Below, one piece after another: positions 26,001-38,685 of a stretch of 64,000 nucleotides of DNA. The position numbers were made by a program, and so were the translations under genes. Below the pieces are notes generated by a model. It did no database searches, had not been told where the DNA came from, and saw nothing but the letters and a program-made list of their open reading frames with translations. Origin of the DNA: Vicugna vicugna (lineage: Eukaryota); contig MU058591.1 in NCBI GenBank assembly GCA_013265495.1, forward strand, positions 1-64,000, written 5' to 3'. Each line of letters opens with the position of its first letter. The stretch's first letter is position 1.

Positions 26001-26070
26001 AACAAACAATGCAGGAAACACTAGGACAATTGTCTAAATCTACCCTGATCATTTTTTCATACTATATACA
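23030..26070 (+). mobile_element. Old L1 ORF2 (EN-RT) remnant, interrupted by a nested antisense L1
   Basis: Decayed ORF2 peptides (e.g. MAKFFERHKL...VKNLPLKKIPRPHGLTDKFYQIFKK, the 'PGPDGFTGEFYQ' RT region); homology resumes at 25096 (ATTAAAAAACT...TTATTCACAGACAAAATAATT). Confidence 0.85.
24324..25081 (-). mobile_element. 5'-truncated L1 3' end nested inside the older L1
   Basis: ORF 24633-24827 MFTAALLTITKIWKQP (ORF2 C-terminus); T-tail at 24323-24328; degenerate TSD CAACCTTCATTTCT (24310-24323) / CAGCATTCATTTCT (25082-25095). Confidence 0.9.
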
Positions 26071-29000
26071 AACATGTAAAAACATTCTACATGATGGCTC
26101 TTTCTTTACTCCAGCACATTTTTGAGGGAACAGGTCTCTGTTAACTTGTTTATAATAAATTTAATGCATCCCATATTTCAACAAAAATATTTTCTCTGAT
26201 CGTGTCTATTTAACAAATCTAATCCTGAGATTATACAGAAATTGAAAATAATCAGATTGTCTGCAGGTGGCTGTGCGAGTGAGTTATAAGGAAAATTATA
26301 TATCAAGGGGTATTTGGTTTTGTAACAGTAGTTCTTGGAATTTGGGGATAATCTGTTGAAAAATGTAATACACACTTTTAAATGGAATTCCAGGGATTTA
26401 TGGATTCTCTGAAACTCATTCATGGATCCAATTCCAGTTGAGTACATTTGCTATAGTTTAATTCTTTGTTCTAATTTTTGTCATGCTATTCAGTCATACC
26501 AATAATTGTACTTCACTGCTCTCACTGTTATTAGGATTTTAATGTTTTCAAAATACAGTTAAAATCCATGCTGGTTTAATATTTACTCAAAAAGTCAATA
26601 AGCTAAAACTTGTTCAAATTAATAAGCTACTCAATAAGCATAGCCTCATGAAATAGATCCAAGAATCACCAGGAAAATTAAGCATCCTAAATTGTGGGGT
26701 GAGGTCAAGGGAATACTTGTGTTCAGTCTTCATAAGGTGTTACACAAAGGCAAGAAGGCTGGGATGATATAAAACCTTGTTTCATTGGGGAATGTATTTA
26801 TACTAATAATGTCTCATTGGAACCAAATTATTTGAGTTTGCTGGGGATTTTTTTGATGCATGGATTTTACTATTGCTGATGAGATGGAGTTAGAATTCAC
26901 TCATTTCATTGAGAATCTGCCATACAGTTGATGCTGTGTTGAGGCTGTGAATATCAAGAGGAACAAAACAAAATTAAAGTCCCCGCACTCAAAAAAATTT
27001 GCAATCAAGGAGCAAAATATACCCCGTGCAGAAGAGGAGATGATGCAGTATTAGTGGAAGGTAACTGCGGAGCTTTGGGAATAGACTTCCTTCAGGAAGG
27101 AATCCCAAAAGTGGGCTTTAGAGAAAGAGTAGATTGTCTTTTCCTTGAAGAATATTTGGGTAAGGGCACCTGAGACTAAAGTAACACATTTGCTGAAAAC
27201 AACTATAACTGAGTTCCCACCCATTCTTTTAACTGGAAACTGGCACACAGAAGTTACTGTAATGTCATTATAAAGCTTATTACCATGAATTAATTAACTA
27301 ATTTGCATTATACAGCCTCCTATGTAACAGAGAAAGCTTGTTGTTCTTAAAGTACATGACAATTAAGTGTAAGAGTTCTGCTGTGGAAGAGAAGTGTTAC
27401 AAAAAGCCTTAAAGGTGTAAATTGTTTTATTGTTCCAGTGGGAGTCATTATATAAAGAAAGGATTGAATTCTTAATGAAAGGCAGATAAGAGTTTTAAAC
27501 CTTTTTCTTTTTTTCCCCCTCTTTCTGTAATACTTGTTCCCACTGTAAAGAGGGACCCACTTCAAGTTGTGCGCATGCAGATATTTTTAAAGCAATTAGG
27601 TGATTGACAGCAGATCCAGGTGGCATGATCACAGTAGGCTGGTCTGTTGATAAGACCCATCATTCATGATGCCAAAAGCAATGTAAACTGAAGATACCTT
27701 TGTGAATAAAGACAGCAAACAATAGATTGCAACATATAAAAACCTTGATGCTTCTAAGCCATGAATCAAGGGCTTTGTGTCCTACAGAGACAACAATGAC
27801 CTTCACCTTCTAAATGCTTGGCACAATAAATTAAGTCTGAGTAGCATGACTGATGTGGGTCACACAGGATGGTTATAAAATTAAACTATATTCTCTGCCA
27901 AATCACAAAGAAGCACTTTTTAGTAGATTATGGGATCTACGAAAATCAATGCTTCTGCATCTGAGTGAAGCATTTAAAATGTTTGCAGGCATCCAGAGTA
28001 TACTTCAGACAATCTCTTCCCTTTATTAAAGAAGGAGGGGGAAATTAAATTGGGATCAGCTATCCACTGGAAACCTTTATCTTTTCATTTAGTGAAATAT
28101 TTGAAGTTGTGTTTCAAGTGGTTGTTCCAAATAAAAATGAAAATGGTGACAATGTGGAAATGTCTAAAATTAAAATGAGTTAACTATCATGCAGCATTCT
28201 CATACTTAGTATTTCTTGTGCCTTGTTTTAATGAGAAGTGATGAGACAAAATCGAGCAAAGGGAAATCTGGGCAGAATCTTAGGAACAATTATGTAGGAG
28301 TGAGATTTGTTACCAAGTACATGAGCCTCCATGGGGAGCCTTTTCACCTGAGTTATTTAAATCCAAACTGGGCCAAGCACAGCAAAGTACGTGCCACAGA
28401 TACAGGACTGTGCTACACTGAAACATACCAGATAACCTAGTATTTCTTGGTTGGTTTGTTTGTTTTTAAAATATAGGAGTTTGTGGTCACCAAAACTTCT
28501 TTCAGTAGGATATCTACAATTCCCAAATACAAATTACATGAAGATGTAAGAACTCTGTGTTTAGGGTACCATAGAACTTGAGTTAATTGATTGGCCTGTT
28601 ACTGGCCAGATACTATGTTAAGCATTTTCCTAAAAACTACACAGATAAATATATTGTAGTGTTAGAATTATTATCTCAGTATTTCATCTGAGGATGCCTG
28701 TTACCAGAGAGTTTAAAGCAGCATGCATAGCTTAGTAACCAAGCAAAGAAACACAATGATGAAGACACGAATGAACAAGTGCAATCTGGTATTGGACCAA
28801 AGTCTCTCTGACACCAGTATCAGGCTCTTCCCACTGCAGGGTGTTATATTATCAGCAATCAATCTAACTGCACTGTGAGCACAAGCACGCCCTGCTTTCA
28901 GGAAGTTTTAATTAACTGAAAGGAATTTGAAGAGGATTTCTTGCTTTTACGAAAAAGCTGTTTATCATTCTCATGTTGGTCTTTCTTAAAAGGAAGTGGT

Positions 29001-30014
29001 TCAACATTAACTTTCAGAAAAGAGGTGGTACTTTGCTTCACCTCATTTTAACTTATGAAAGCTTTTACAGGAACGCTCTACTTTCGTGTAGTGGGGAAAG
29101 CCTCCATCTTAAAACACTGTGGAACGTAAATTAATAAGAAGCAACTCTGTGGTTGACTGCAGATATCCCAGGCTGGCCAGTGTACTATGCTCCATAAATT
29201 CCCAAGTCAAGTTTAACTGTCATCAGTTTGGCTGTGACGATAGGCGGAGTATAGGATGAGTCCTCATCACAAGATAAGATGATGAGGATAGAAAAGCAGA
29301 AAAAGATTAAAGCATTCACAGATTAATGAAAAAACAAGACAGCTGTCATATTCTGTCTCATTCAGATACCGTAGACTAGTGCACCACCATTCCTTGCCCT
29401 TGTAGAGAAGCTGTGGTTGCTTAACTGTGAGAAGAGAGAAAAGGAAATGGTAATCTCAGAGTTCTCACACATACGTGCAACCAAGCTTCGTGTTCTGACC
29501 CTCCTACGCACATTATATTAGGAACAAAATGAGATGTAAGTAGGAAACAGTGATTTTTTAAAAAACTGATTTTTTATGACAATAATTTTGGTAATGCAGT
29601 TAAAGTGGAAAAATATCAGAGGACATGTCTTTTGGCCATGAATTAATAAATCACAAGGTAATTAAATCAAGCAATATCAATTTAAAAAAAAGGTATTCCC
29701 TTTCTGCTGTCAATAAGTAGAAAGCTAAAAAGCAAAGTAGACAACAATTTTCAGCCAATAGAAAAGGAAAACAAAGGAAGCCCTGGTATTATAAGGCTTT
29801 CTACCTGGGCAAATTCTGGAACTGCAGTGCAAGGAGAACTCACACAGAGCCTAGCACTATTGCTGTGCAGAGAGATCAGACGTCAGGGATACAGACGGCA
29901 CTAGAATAAACTGGGCAGAATATTGGGGAAGAGCAAGTTATGCAGAGAGACTGTTCTAAAAACATTTATGGGGCTTTCTTGATTCTTTTGCCAACTATCA
30001 ATCCACACATAGAG

Positions 30015-31860
30015 ATTTTTTTTTCAGTGCTTTAAAAATGTTAATCCATTGTCTCCTAACTTGTATAGTTTCTGGTGATAGGTCTGCCATAATTTTTCCT
30101 TTGTTCATATGTATATAATGTGTCTTTATTTATTTATTTATTTGTTCATTTATTTGGTAGGCAGAGGGTCTGGTTGCCTTTAAGATTGTTTTCATCTTTA
30201 CTACTCAGCAATTTAATTATGATTTATTGGGATGTCTTTGTGTGATTTGTGTTCATCCTACCTGATGTTGTTTGAGCTTTGTGGATATATGGTTTACTGT
30301 CATTCATTAATCTGGGGAAATTATTAGACAACATCTTTTCAAATATCTTCTGTTCCATTCTCTCTTCTCCTTCTGAGATTTTAAATATGTCCATAGTAGA
30401 CATTTTAGTATTGTTCACATCTCTTGTGTTTACTCTGTATTTTTAAATTTCCCTTCTTTCATTCTCTTTGTTATTCAACGTGGAAAATTTCTAATAACGT
30501 AGCTTTACTAATTCTTCTCAGCTGTACTGGGACGACTAATGAGCCTGTAATCGCATATTTTACCTTAGTTACTATGTCTTTCATTTTTAGCATTTCCATT
30601 TGATTCTTTCATGTTTCTCTCTGCAGAAATTCTCCATCTGTGCATCTGTATTCTGTTTTAAACAAAGATCTCTCTCATTTTAGTCACAGCTATTTTTAAA
30701 ATTCCTGTCAGAGATCTTCAACGTCCAAGCCACCTCTGACTCAGGTCCACTGATTGCTTTGTCTCTTGAGCACATATTTTCCCTTGCTTTATTGTGGCTC
30801 TGATGATTTTTTGTTGAAGCTGGACACATTATATATGACATTAGACACTGAGTTAAATAGTATATTTCTGGAGTTGAGCATGCCTTGATTTTTGCTAGGA
30901 CTTCAGTTTGGCAGTGGAATCAATTTAGCTGGCCGTTGAGCTGGATTCGGGTTTTCTTGTTGCTGCGGTTACTCTCAGTAGACCACAGGTTTCCCGTTCC
31001 TCCAGTGCTATCTTGTGATTAGGGTGGGACTCCTCTGCCAAAGGAGAGGAGTCCCACTCTTCCAATCTCACTTTAAGTCCTCCCTTTTTGCCTGACTCTC
31101 AGACAAGGACTCTGTCCATCTTCTTGTCTCTCCCTCTGCAGTAGATTGCTGTTATTAATCAGTGCTTGACAATCTGATGGTGAGGCTGAGGGTAGCCTTC
31201 TCTCTCTCTTTTTTTCCTGGTTCTGTCTCAGATGTGTCCCTGGGACTTGGGAGTGGAGACTTCCCACTGATTCCACCCCTCCCTCAGTGGTAGGAAATCT
31301 TTAATGATCTGGGCTCATGATCTTTTCCTTCTTCTTTTCCAGTGTTAGGGTTTTGTTGTTGTTTGTTTTTAATTTGCTTTCCCTAGCTGCAAAGGATCAC
31401 TGCTCTTTTCCCAGTGACCTAAGTCTTTGTTCTGTAAGGGAGATAGAGGGTAGAGATATGCACTTTTGCACTTTTCTTGGACTTGCCAGCCCTGTCACCT
31501 CCTTTCTCATGAATGCCTGTTGAGGTCTGTGGAGAAGAATCTGTGAATTCAAATTCCCCCAACATCTGTGGCTTCAATGCTTTCCATACACAAACTGGCC
31601 TATTCTCAGCCTTAAAAATTCATTACTGATTTTCAAATTTAGCTGATTATTTCTTACGAGCTTCTGTCAGATCCAGTATCTACCCTCAGTTAAGAAGGTC
31701 TTGTATTGTGTCCCCTTGAAGGTGCCTTCTTTCCTTATGTTTGGGATTATTTTGGTGCCTTAGGACCTCAGTTCTGTGATGAAAAGCATCAATTCAGGAA
31801 AAACATTGATTATTCAGATCACCTGATATTTTCTAGTGAAGAGTTTGGAGCAACAGTCCT
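30015..31860 (-). mobile_element. Old L1 5' UTR/ORF1 remnant
   Basis: ORF 30224-30418 (SEGEERMEQKIFEKMLSNNFPRLMNDSKPYIHKAQTTSGRMN) is L1 ORF1-like; 5' UTR-like sequence continues to ~31860. Confidence 0.75.
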
Positions 31861-32397
31861 AACCTAATTGTGTGTTCCTAACTACCCATAAATTAAAAAT
31901 AAACAATAAAATAAATTATTAATTAATTAGAACTAAAGAATAAAGGCAATGTTAAATGTTGAAATCATATAACACAATAAGACTTGGGCAGAGGATAAAA
32001 TGTAGATTTAAATGCATTTATTTCTTAAAATAAAAATGAGTTGTTGTTTCATATATATTTTTTCAATTTCTCAATTGCTAAGTAACAAAGAACCTACAAT
32101 TTATTGTCATAGAAGTGTTCCAGCTTCATCTTAGCAATTTTTGTGAGTGACATTTTTTCACAAAATTTGGATCATACCATAATATTTTAAATTTGAACTC
32201 TTTCACTCAACCATATAAGTTGGTTGTTTTCTGTACCATTAAGTGTTTCTCAGAATCATTTTAATCTCATGATGTTTTATCCAAAATTCCATTTTAAATA
32301 AAAATAACAGGAAAGGTATAATTTTAAAAAATCTAAAAATATTTAATCTTTTGGACAAGTGGTTTCATTAACTTTACCCTTCTTTTAAATAACTGCC

Positions 32398-33599
32398 GGC
32401 GGGAGTTGGCGGCGGCGGCTGTGGTGAAAGGCATGAAGGGCAGGCCGGGCGAGCGGGGGGACCAGCGGACCGGACAGCCGGCCGACAGCAACGAAGTAAG
32501 CCAGCACCCTACCGCTTGACACATCTAGCCAACCGCGCACCGAGCTAACCGAGCCCCTCCGCCGTCAGCTCAGCTTCGGCCGGCCCCGGCCCGCCTTCCG
32601 CAGCCGTGGTGGCGGCCCCGGGAGGAGCACTGGCGTCCGTTTCCTTCGATTCTCGGGATTTGAAGATGGCTGCACAGTCAGCGCTGAAAGTTGTGCTAAA
32701 AAGCACCACCAAGATGTCTCTAAATGAGCGCTTTACCAATATGCTGAAGAACAAACAGCCGATGGCCAGTGAATATTCGGGCTTCGGTGCAGCAACAACA
32801 GCAGCTAGCCAGCGCCAGAAACCGAAGACCGGCCCAGCAGATGGAGAATAGACCCTCTGTCCAGGCAGCACTGAAACTTAAGCAGAGCTTAAAGCAGCGC
32901 CTGCGTAAAAGTAACATCCAGGCACGGTTAGGCCGACCCACAGGGGCCCTGGCCAGGGGAGCAATCCAGAGAGGCTTGCCCAGAGGAGGACTACGTGGGG
33001 GACGTGCCACGAGAACCCTACTTAGGGGCGGGATGTCGCTCCGAGGTCAAAACTGCTCCGAGGTGGACGAGCCGTAGCTCCCCGAATGGGCTTAAGAAGA
33101 GGTGGCGTTCGAGGTCGTGGAGGTCCTGGGAGAGGGGGCCTAGGGTGTGGAGCTGTGGGTCATGGCGGAATCGGTGGTAGAGGTTGAGGTATGATAGGTC
33201 GGGGAAGAAGGGGCTTTGGAGGCAGAGGCCGAGGCCATGGACGAGGGAGAGGTGCCCTTGCTCACCCTGTACTGAACAAGGGGCAGCTGGACAACCAATT
33301 GGATGAATACATGTCAAAAACAAAAGGACACCTGGATGCTGAGTTGGATGCCTACATGGCACAGACAGATCCCGAAACTAATGATTGAAGCCTGCCTTCC
33401 CTCCTGTGAGAGACTCTTGTTAAAGTCACACATCTGTAAATAACCTTGAGATAACAGATGAGAAGAAACCTGACTGATGCTGGAAGGACCTATCATAATA
33501 GGCGGACTGACTTGCCACCAGTTTGTGCATTTAGTGTGTTTCTTTTACTTTTTGATACTATGTTGTATGAAACCCTTCTTTTCCTCTGGAAAAAAAAAT
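32398..33599 (+). pseudogene. CHTOP: CHTOP (C1orf77/FOP) processed pseudogene; CDS remnant 32666-33388
   Basis: [32 protein letters not shown]...[13 protein letters not shown]...GR-rich...[34 protein letters not shown]. Intronless; A-run 33590-33598; TSD AATAACTGCC (32388-32397) / AATAATTGCC (33600-33609) at a TTTT/AAA L1 endonuclease-type site. Lesions: +1 near 32765, 24-nt deletion (GGRGLPII) near 32965, -1 near 33053, TGA at 33185-33187. Confidence 0.97.
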
Positions 33600-33689
33600 A
33601 ATAATTGCCATCTCACTGCTTATTAAAAAGTACATTTACCTGGTTATGAATCAAAGGTTGTAAATATGTGTTTTTTTTTATAGCACCAC

Positions 33690-34548
33690 AGACTTGAGTA
33701 GACATTTCTCTAAAGTGGATATATAAATTGCCAATAAGCACATGAAAAGATGCTCAATATCATTAATCATATTAGGAAAAATTAGGGAAATACAAATCAA
33801 AAATAAAATAAAGTATCCCTTCACACTCCTTGGGATGATTATTATAAAAACAAACAACAACAACAACAAAGCACTGAAAATAACAAGTACTGGCAATGAT
33901 ATGGACAAACCAGAACTTTTGTTTATTGCTGGCAGGAATGTCAAATGGTACAGCTTCTGTGGAAAACAGGACAGCAGTCCTTCAAGAACATAAATATAGA
34001 ATCACCACGTGATCCAGCAGCTTTACTTCTGAGTGTATACCCGTAAGAAATGTAAGCAGGGACCCAGGTATTTGTCCACCAAAGTCTGTAGCAAGATGAT
34101 TCACAATAGCCACAAGTTAGAAACAACCCAAATGTCCATTGACAAATGAATCAATAAACATACTGTGATATCTGAGTACAATGGAATATTATTCTGACTT
34201 TAAAAGGAGTGAAATTTTGATACATGCTATAATATGGAGGCATAGTGATAACATTTTTTCCCAGATATAAAATGATAAATTTCATATGATTCCTCTTACA
34301 TGAGAAACCTAGAGCAGTCCAACCATAGAGACAGAAAGGACATTGGTAATTTCTAGGGACTGGAGGCGGAACAGAACAGGTAGCTATTGTTTAATGGTTA
34401 TGGAATTTCAAAGACAAAAATATTCTGGGAATGGATGGTGCGAATAGTTGTACAACAGTGTGAATGTACTTAATGCAACTGAACTTTCTACTTAAAAGTG
34501 ATGACAATGGTAAATTTATGTCATGTATATACCTTACCACAGTAGAAA
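33690..34548 (+). mobile_element. L1MB-like 3' end
   Basis: AAGCACATGAAAAGATGCTCAATATCATTAATCATTAGG...AAACAACCCAAATGTCCATTGACAAATGAA...ACAACAGTGTGAATGTACTTAATGCAACTGAACT...ACCACA. Confidence 0.88.
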
Positions 34549-36264
34549 AGTACTTCTATTCAGGAATAATTCTGAACAAAACTTTATTTGTTGTTACTAA
34601 ATTTTATCACCAGAATGTCAAATTAAAATTATTATCCATTAAGTGCGAGAACTCACCCACAGTACCCAACTGTAATAATACTAACTATAATTTTCTCCGG
34701 TAGAAGTACCAGTACTTCTCCAGCACCACAGAGAGAAGTAGTGACATTTTGCTTTATTTATTCTTGCCTTACAAAGAGATTTTGATTAGATATGTGAGGG
34801 GAAAATGACCTACGAGCATAAAAGCAAACAATTCTTTCTTAAATTTGACATTTAAAATCACAAAGATGAGCGAAAATGCATTAAGTGGCCAGTTAGGATG
34901 GAATTTACAATTCTGAGAACTTAAGAAAAATCTGAAATATAATTGAACGTAACTTTGCAATTATGCAAATCATTAGATATCTTAAATGGCTAAGTTGCAC
35001 ATTAAATCTAATGCTGTACAAACTGTAGGTGTAAATTATTGTCTAAAGTCTGCTCAATACATTAAATTGCAACCAATATTACCTTAATTAATTGTATATT
35101 ACACTCTCGTGGATTTTTTTTCCTTCTTGATAAAACCCCTGTGTTTTTTGGTTTTCTTTTTAAGGACTTAGTTTAAGAAGATAGGTGTTTGGTTTCCTTT
35201 TCAGAGAATATTCTAGATCTGATATTCAAGTTCACCACTTCCATCACTATGTTTTTTTAATGTAGATGTTATCCTCGAAGAACTGGTTAATTTTATACTT
35301 ATACAATTAAATTTTACAACTATATTATTATAATTTGTAATTATAATATTTTATGATAATCACTGAGATTTGAAGGCTGGGGAGCCTAGGCAAGTGAGAA
35401 TAAAATTAACAATGATTGTCAACTGTAAAGTAAATTTCATAGAAGTCCGATAAATGTTAAATACCTTTATTCTTTCTCTAAAATTCTGCTTGCCCTTTCT
35501 AGTTCCATCAGCATCTTGGTCTATTTAGCAATAGCATTCATTTCCAGAGCATATTCAAAGTATGCAGATTTTATACTTGGAATAGCCCCAGAGTCTATGT
35601 TGGCTGAACTTGCTGGGATGGGGAGTGGTAGTGATATGAAGAAACTGGTGGAAGAAGATGAATGTAATATATCTGTATCTCTGTATCTGCTCCACTCTAC
35701 ATTATTCCATCGTTCCTCCAACAATGTGGAGTTACTCTTTTGTAATATCATTATATATCTTTCTGTGCTTAGGAACAGAGAAACACTGAGTTGATCACAA
35801 ATAATTGGGAATTCCCATCCAAATGATAGGAAAGCAAGTAAAAATCAGAAATTATCTCATCAATCACACAGACAGACCTCACTGCTAATTGGAGTTATTA
35901 TCATTCAACCATCAGTGACAAGATTAGTGATGCAAGAGAAGCTTCGCAAACCTGTCCATCTCGCCATTTTCCCCACCATGAACTTGATGCTTTCACTCTA
36001 GCAACTCAACACATTCATCTCTTTGTCTCTGTTACCCTTTCTCTCTTTTTGTTACTTATTCTACTGAACCATCTGCTTCCAAGTTTTTTTCTTTGCTGTA
36101 CATTCAGGGCTCATGGACAGAATAAATGACAGTTAACACCATCCAAAATGGATCATCCATACTGTTATGATTCTTCTGTATGTAGTCTACCTATCCTGCA
36201 GCAAGCATGCTTATTTCTGCAACATTCAGTTCATCCTGCATATTAATAAAAGCTTTTCAGTGGA

Positions 36265-36490
36265 TTTTATGTGCCAGAGGCTCTTTTAAGAATTTAAAAT
36301 ATATTACTCAATTTAATCTGTACCATGATGCTTTCAGGTGGTTGCTATTAATATCTCCAGGTCTCAGAGGTGGAGCGAGTCTAAATAAATTTCCTGTGGT
36401 TACATGTGTAGTAAGTGTCAAATCTGGGATTTTAACCCAGTATTTTGTGTCTAGAGTCGTTACCTTTAATGGTGATGCTATACTGCTTCT
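36265..36490 (-). mobile_element. MIR SINE remnant
   Basis: TTACTCAATTTAATCTG...AGGTCTCAGAGG...GGTTACATGTGTAGTAAGTG...CTGGGATTTTAACCCAG. Confidence 0.65.
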
Positions 36491-37930
36491 CTGGGACTCT
36501 GTTCCTCAGTAAAATTCATCCTAAGACTCAGGTCTGGATACACATGTTCCTCTTCCTACTATACAAAGTATTGTAACTCAGGCATCTCCTCTGGCTTTAC
36601 TCTTAGAAGGGCATGGGGCATAGAACAAGCCCAGCTTATTTAGAAAAAAATCTTTTTTTTTCTGCATTATAAATTTCTTGATGGTAACAGGTATATTTTA
36701 TATAGTTTTCATGCCAAACATACCCAGCACAGTAACTAGTACATGTAGCTAGTTCAAGAAAATAGTTACTGGAGGAATGAGGGGGAAGACGACTAGCACC
36801 TTAGGTGCCTGCTGTACCCAGGCACAGTCCTGGGTACCAACTAGACCTAAAAAGATGAGCATGCTAATGAGTTCCTTCTCAGAAATGACAGTTTCACATA
36901 ATCTGTGTTCTACACTGAGAGAGAGAAGAGGGGGGAAGAAACATGCTGATGATGTAAAATAACTAGATCACATCATTTGTGAAATAATGGGGGTATTGTA
37001 CAGAACATATTCTTGGAACTAGACACTATTCTGAATACATGGATATTATTTAGTCTTCTCAGCTTTACGAGGTATGGTATTTTAAACCATGTGTTATTTA
37101 CCAACATTGCCTTCTATGCAGACGATACCATCAGCATTCTAGAAGAGAAGCCAAGAACTGTATGTTTTCCGGAATCCTTTTGTCTGGAGGGTTCTGGCTT
37201 AGAGTTTTCCAATGAGAAAGTAGTGAGAGATTTGGAAAGCAGAGAGAAGGAGAGCCTGTAATTCTTAGGAGACAATGGTGGGCAAATGCAGCCTCTTTTC
37301 AGACTTCTCCACAAGCTCCGGCTTATCAAATCGCTGCAGGAACTCCTATTTCTCTGAGTTTGCCATTGCAGCCTTCTTATCTAGATCTTTTAAACCCTCA
37401 TCTTCTCCTATCTTTATATTCTCCAATCCCTCTATTAAATTGTTTTATCCCAACAAACATTGTAGTGGCTTTGTTTCCCCTTCTGGGCCCAATTTTTAAT
37501 CTTCATTTAATAGAGAGTGCAACCATGTCAACAGCGGTTAAGAAACTTGCTAATGGGTGGACACCAGTTAGGAAATGGTGAAAGCAAGATTTAAACCCAA
37601 ACATTCTGTCCCTGGAGTCACCGCCATTGCACAATAAGATTTACTGCCACTCTTTTATATAAGAAAATAGGATTCTAAACCAGCTTCAGCTGACTCAAAG
37701 ATTTTGAACTTTTCATCACATTACTTTCTCTCTTAGGCAAGTAACGATTTCATGGGGTTAAACATGAGCTTAATTTTAGGAAATGATGTGAAACGTATTT
37801 GTTTAATCAGAAATTTTGTGGAACTTGGGTCAACACAATGGTAGTAATCTTAATACTTGAATCATGGCATTCTTTGGTCCATTTATAGCTTTATTTCCTT
37901 TTTTTTAAATTTAGTTGAGCATTCCTATAC

Positions 37931-38110
37931 TTTTTTTTTTAATTGAAGTATAGTTGATTTACGATGTTGCATTAGTTTCTGGTGTACAGCATAGTGATTC
38001 AGATATATGTATATATACACACACACACACACACATACATACATATTATTTTTTATTATAGGTTATTACAAGATATTGAATATAGCTCCCTGTGCCATAC
38101 AGTAGAAATT
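37931..38110 (-). mobile_element. Short L1 3' end containing a (TA)n(CA)n microsatellite
   Basis: T-run + AATTGAAGTATAGTTGATTTAC...GGTGTACAGCATAGTGATTCAG...TATAGGTTATTACAAGATATTGAATATAGCTCCCTGTGCCATACAGTAG. Confidence 0.85.
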
Positions 38111-38169
38111 TTATCCTGCACATAGTTGGGATTTATTATTGTGTTTTAAGAAAAGGGCTTAATATGGAG

Positions 38170-38685
38170 AATAGCAGACATATAAAGTGTTTATCTCCCT
38201 GGCAACCCTAACCCGTTCTTTGGGTGATAAGCTACCCTTCCATTGCATACTGTGATTTCCCTCTGTAGTCAGGTAGTTCCAGTGGAGGATGCCAATAACA
38301 ATACTGCACTACCTAGGACATAGTTACTGGTCCACTGATGGGCAAGGCACCCAAACCCAGGCATGTAAAAATACATCCTGAGTGTTTTTCTAACTGGAAG
38401 TTGAAGAGTTTTCTTTCCTTTGTAAGTAGAGAGCAGTTTTGACATCAGCCTGGACATGCTTTATGAGGTTCCAGTCTTATAAAGAGAGCTGGTCTAAGCA
38501 AATACCACCTACATTCTGAGAAAAAAGGAGACAAGGGAGCTCATGACAGCATGAGCCCCTGTTCCCACTCATCTGTAAGGCCACCTCTTCTCCTACACTT
38601 TTGGACTTTTAACTATATGAGTCTATCATTTTTTGTTTGTTCAAGCAAAGATTCTTGGTCTTGTAACCAAAAACATGCCTAGGAT
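38170..38685 (+). mobile_element. Old MaLR LTR (MLT1J/K-like)
   Basis: 3' motif TGGACTTTTAACTATATGAG...TTTGTTCAAGC...CTTGTAACCAAAAACATGCC; rest highly diverged. Confidence 0.5.
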
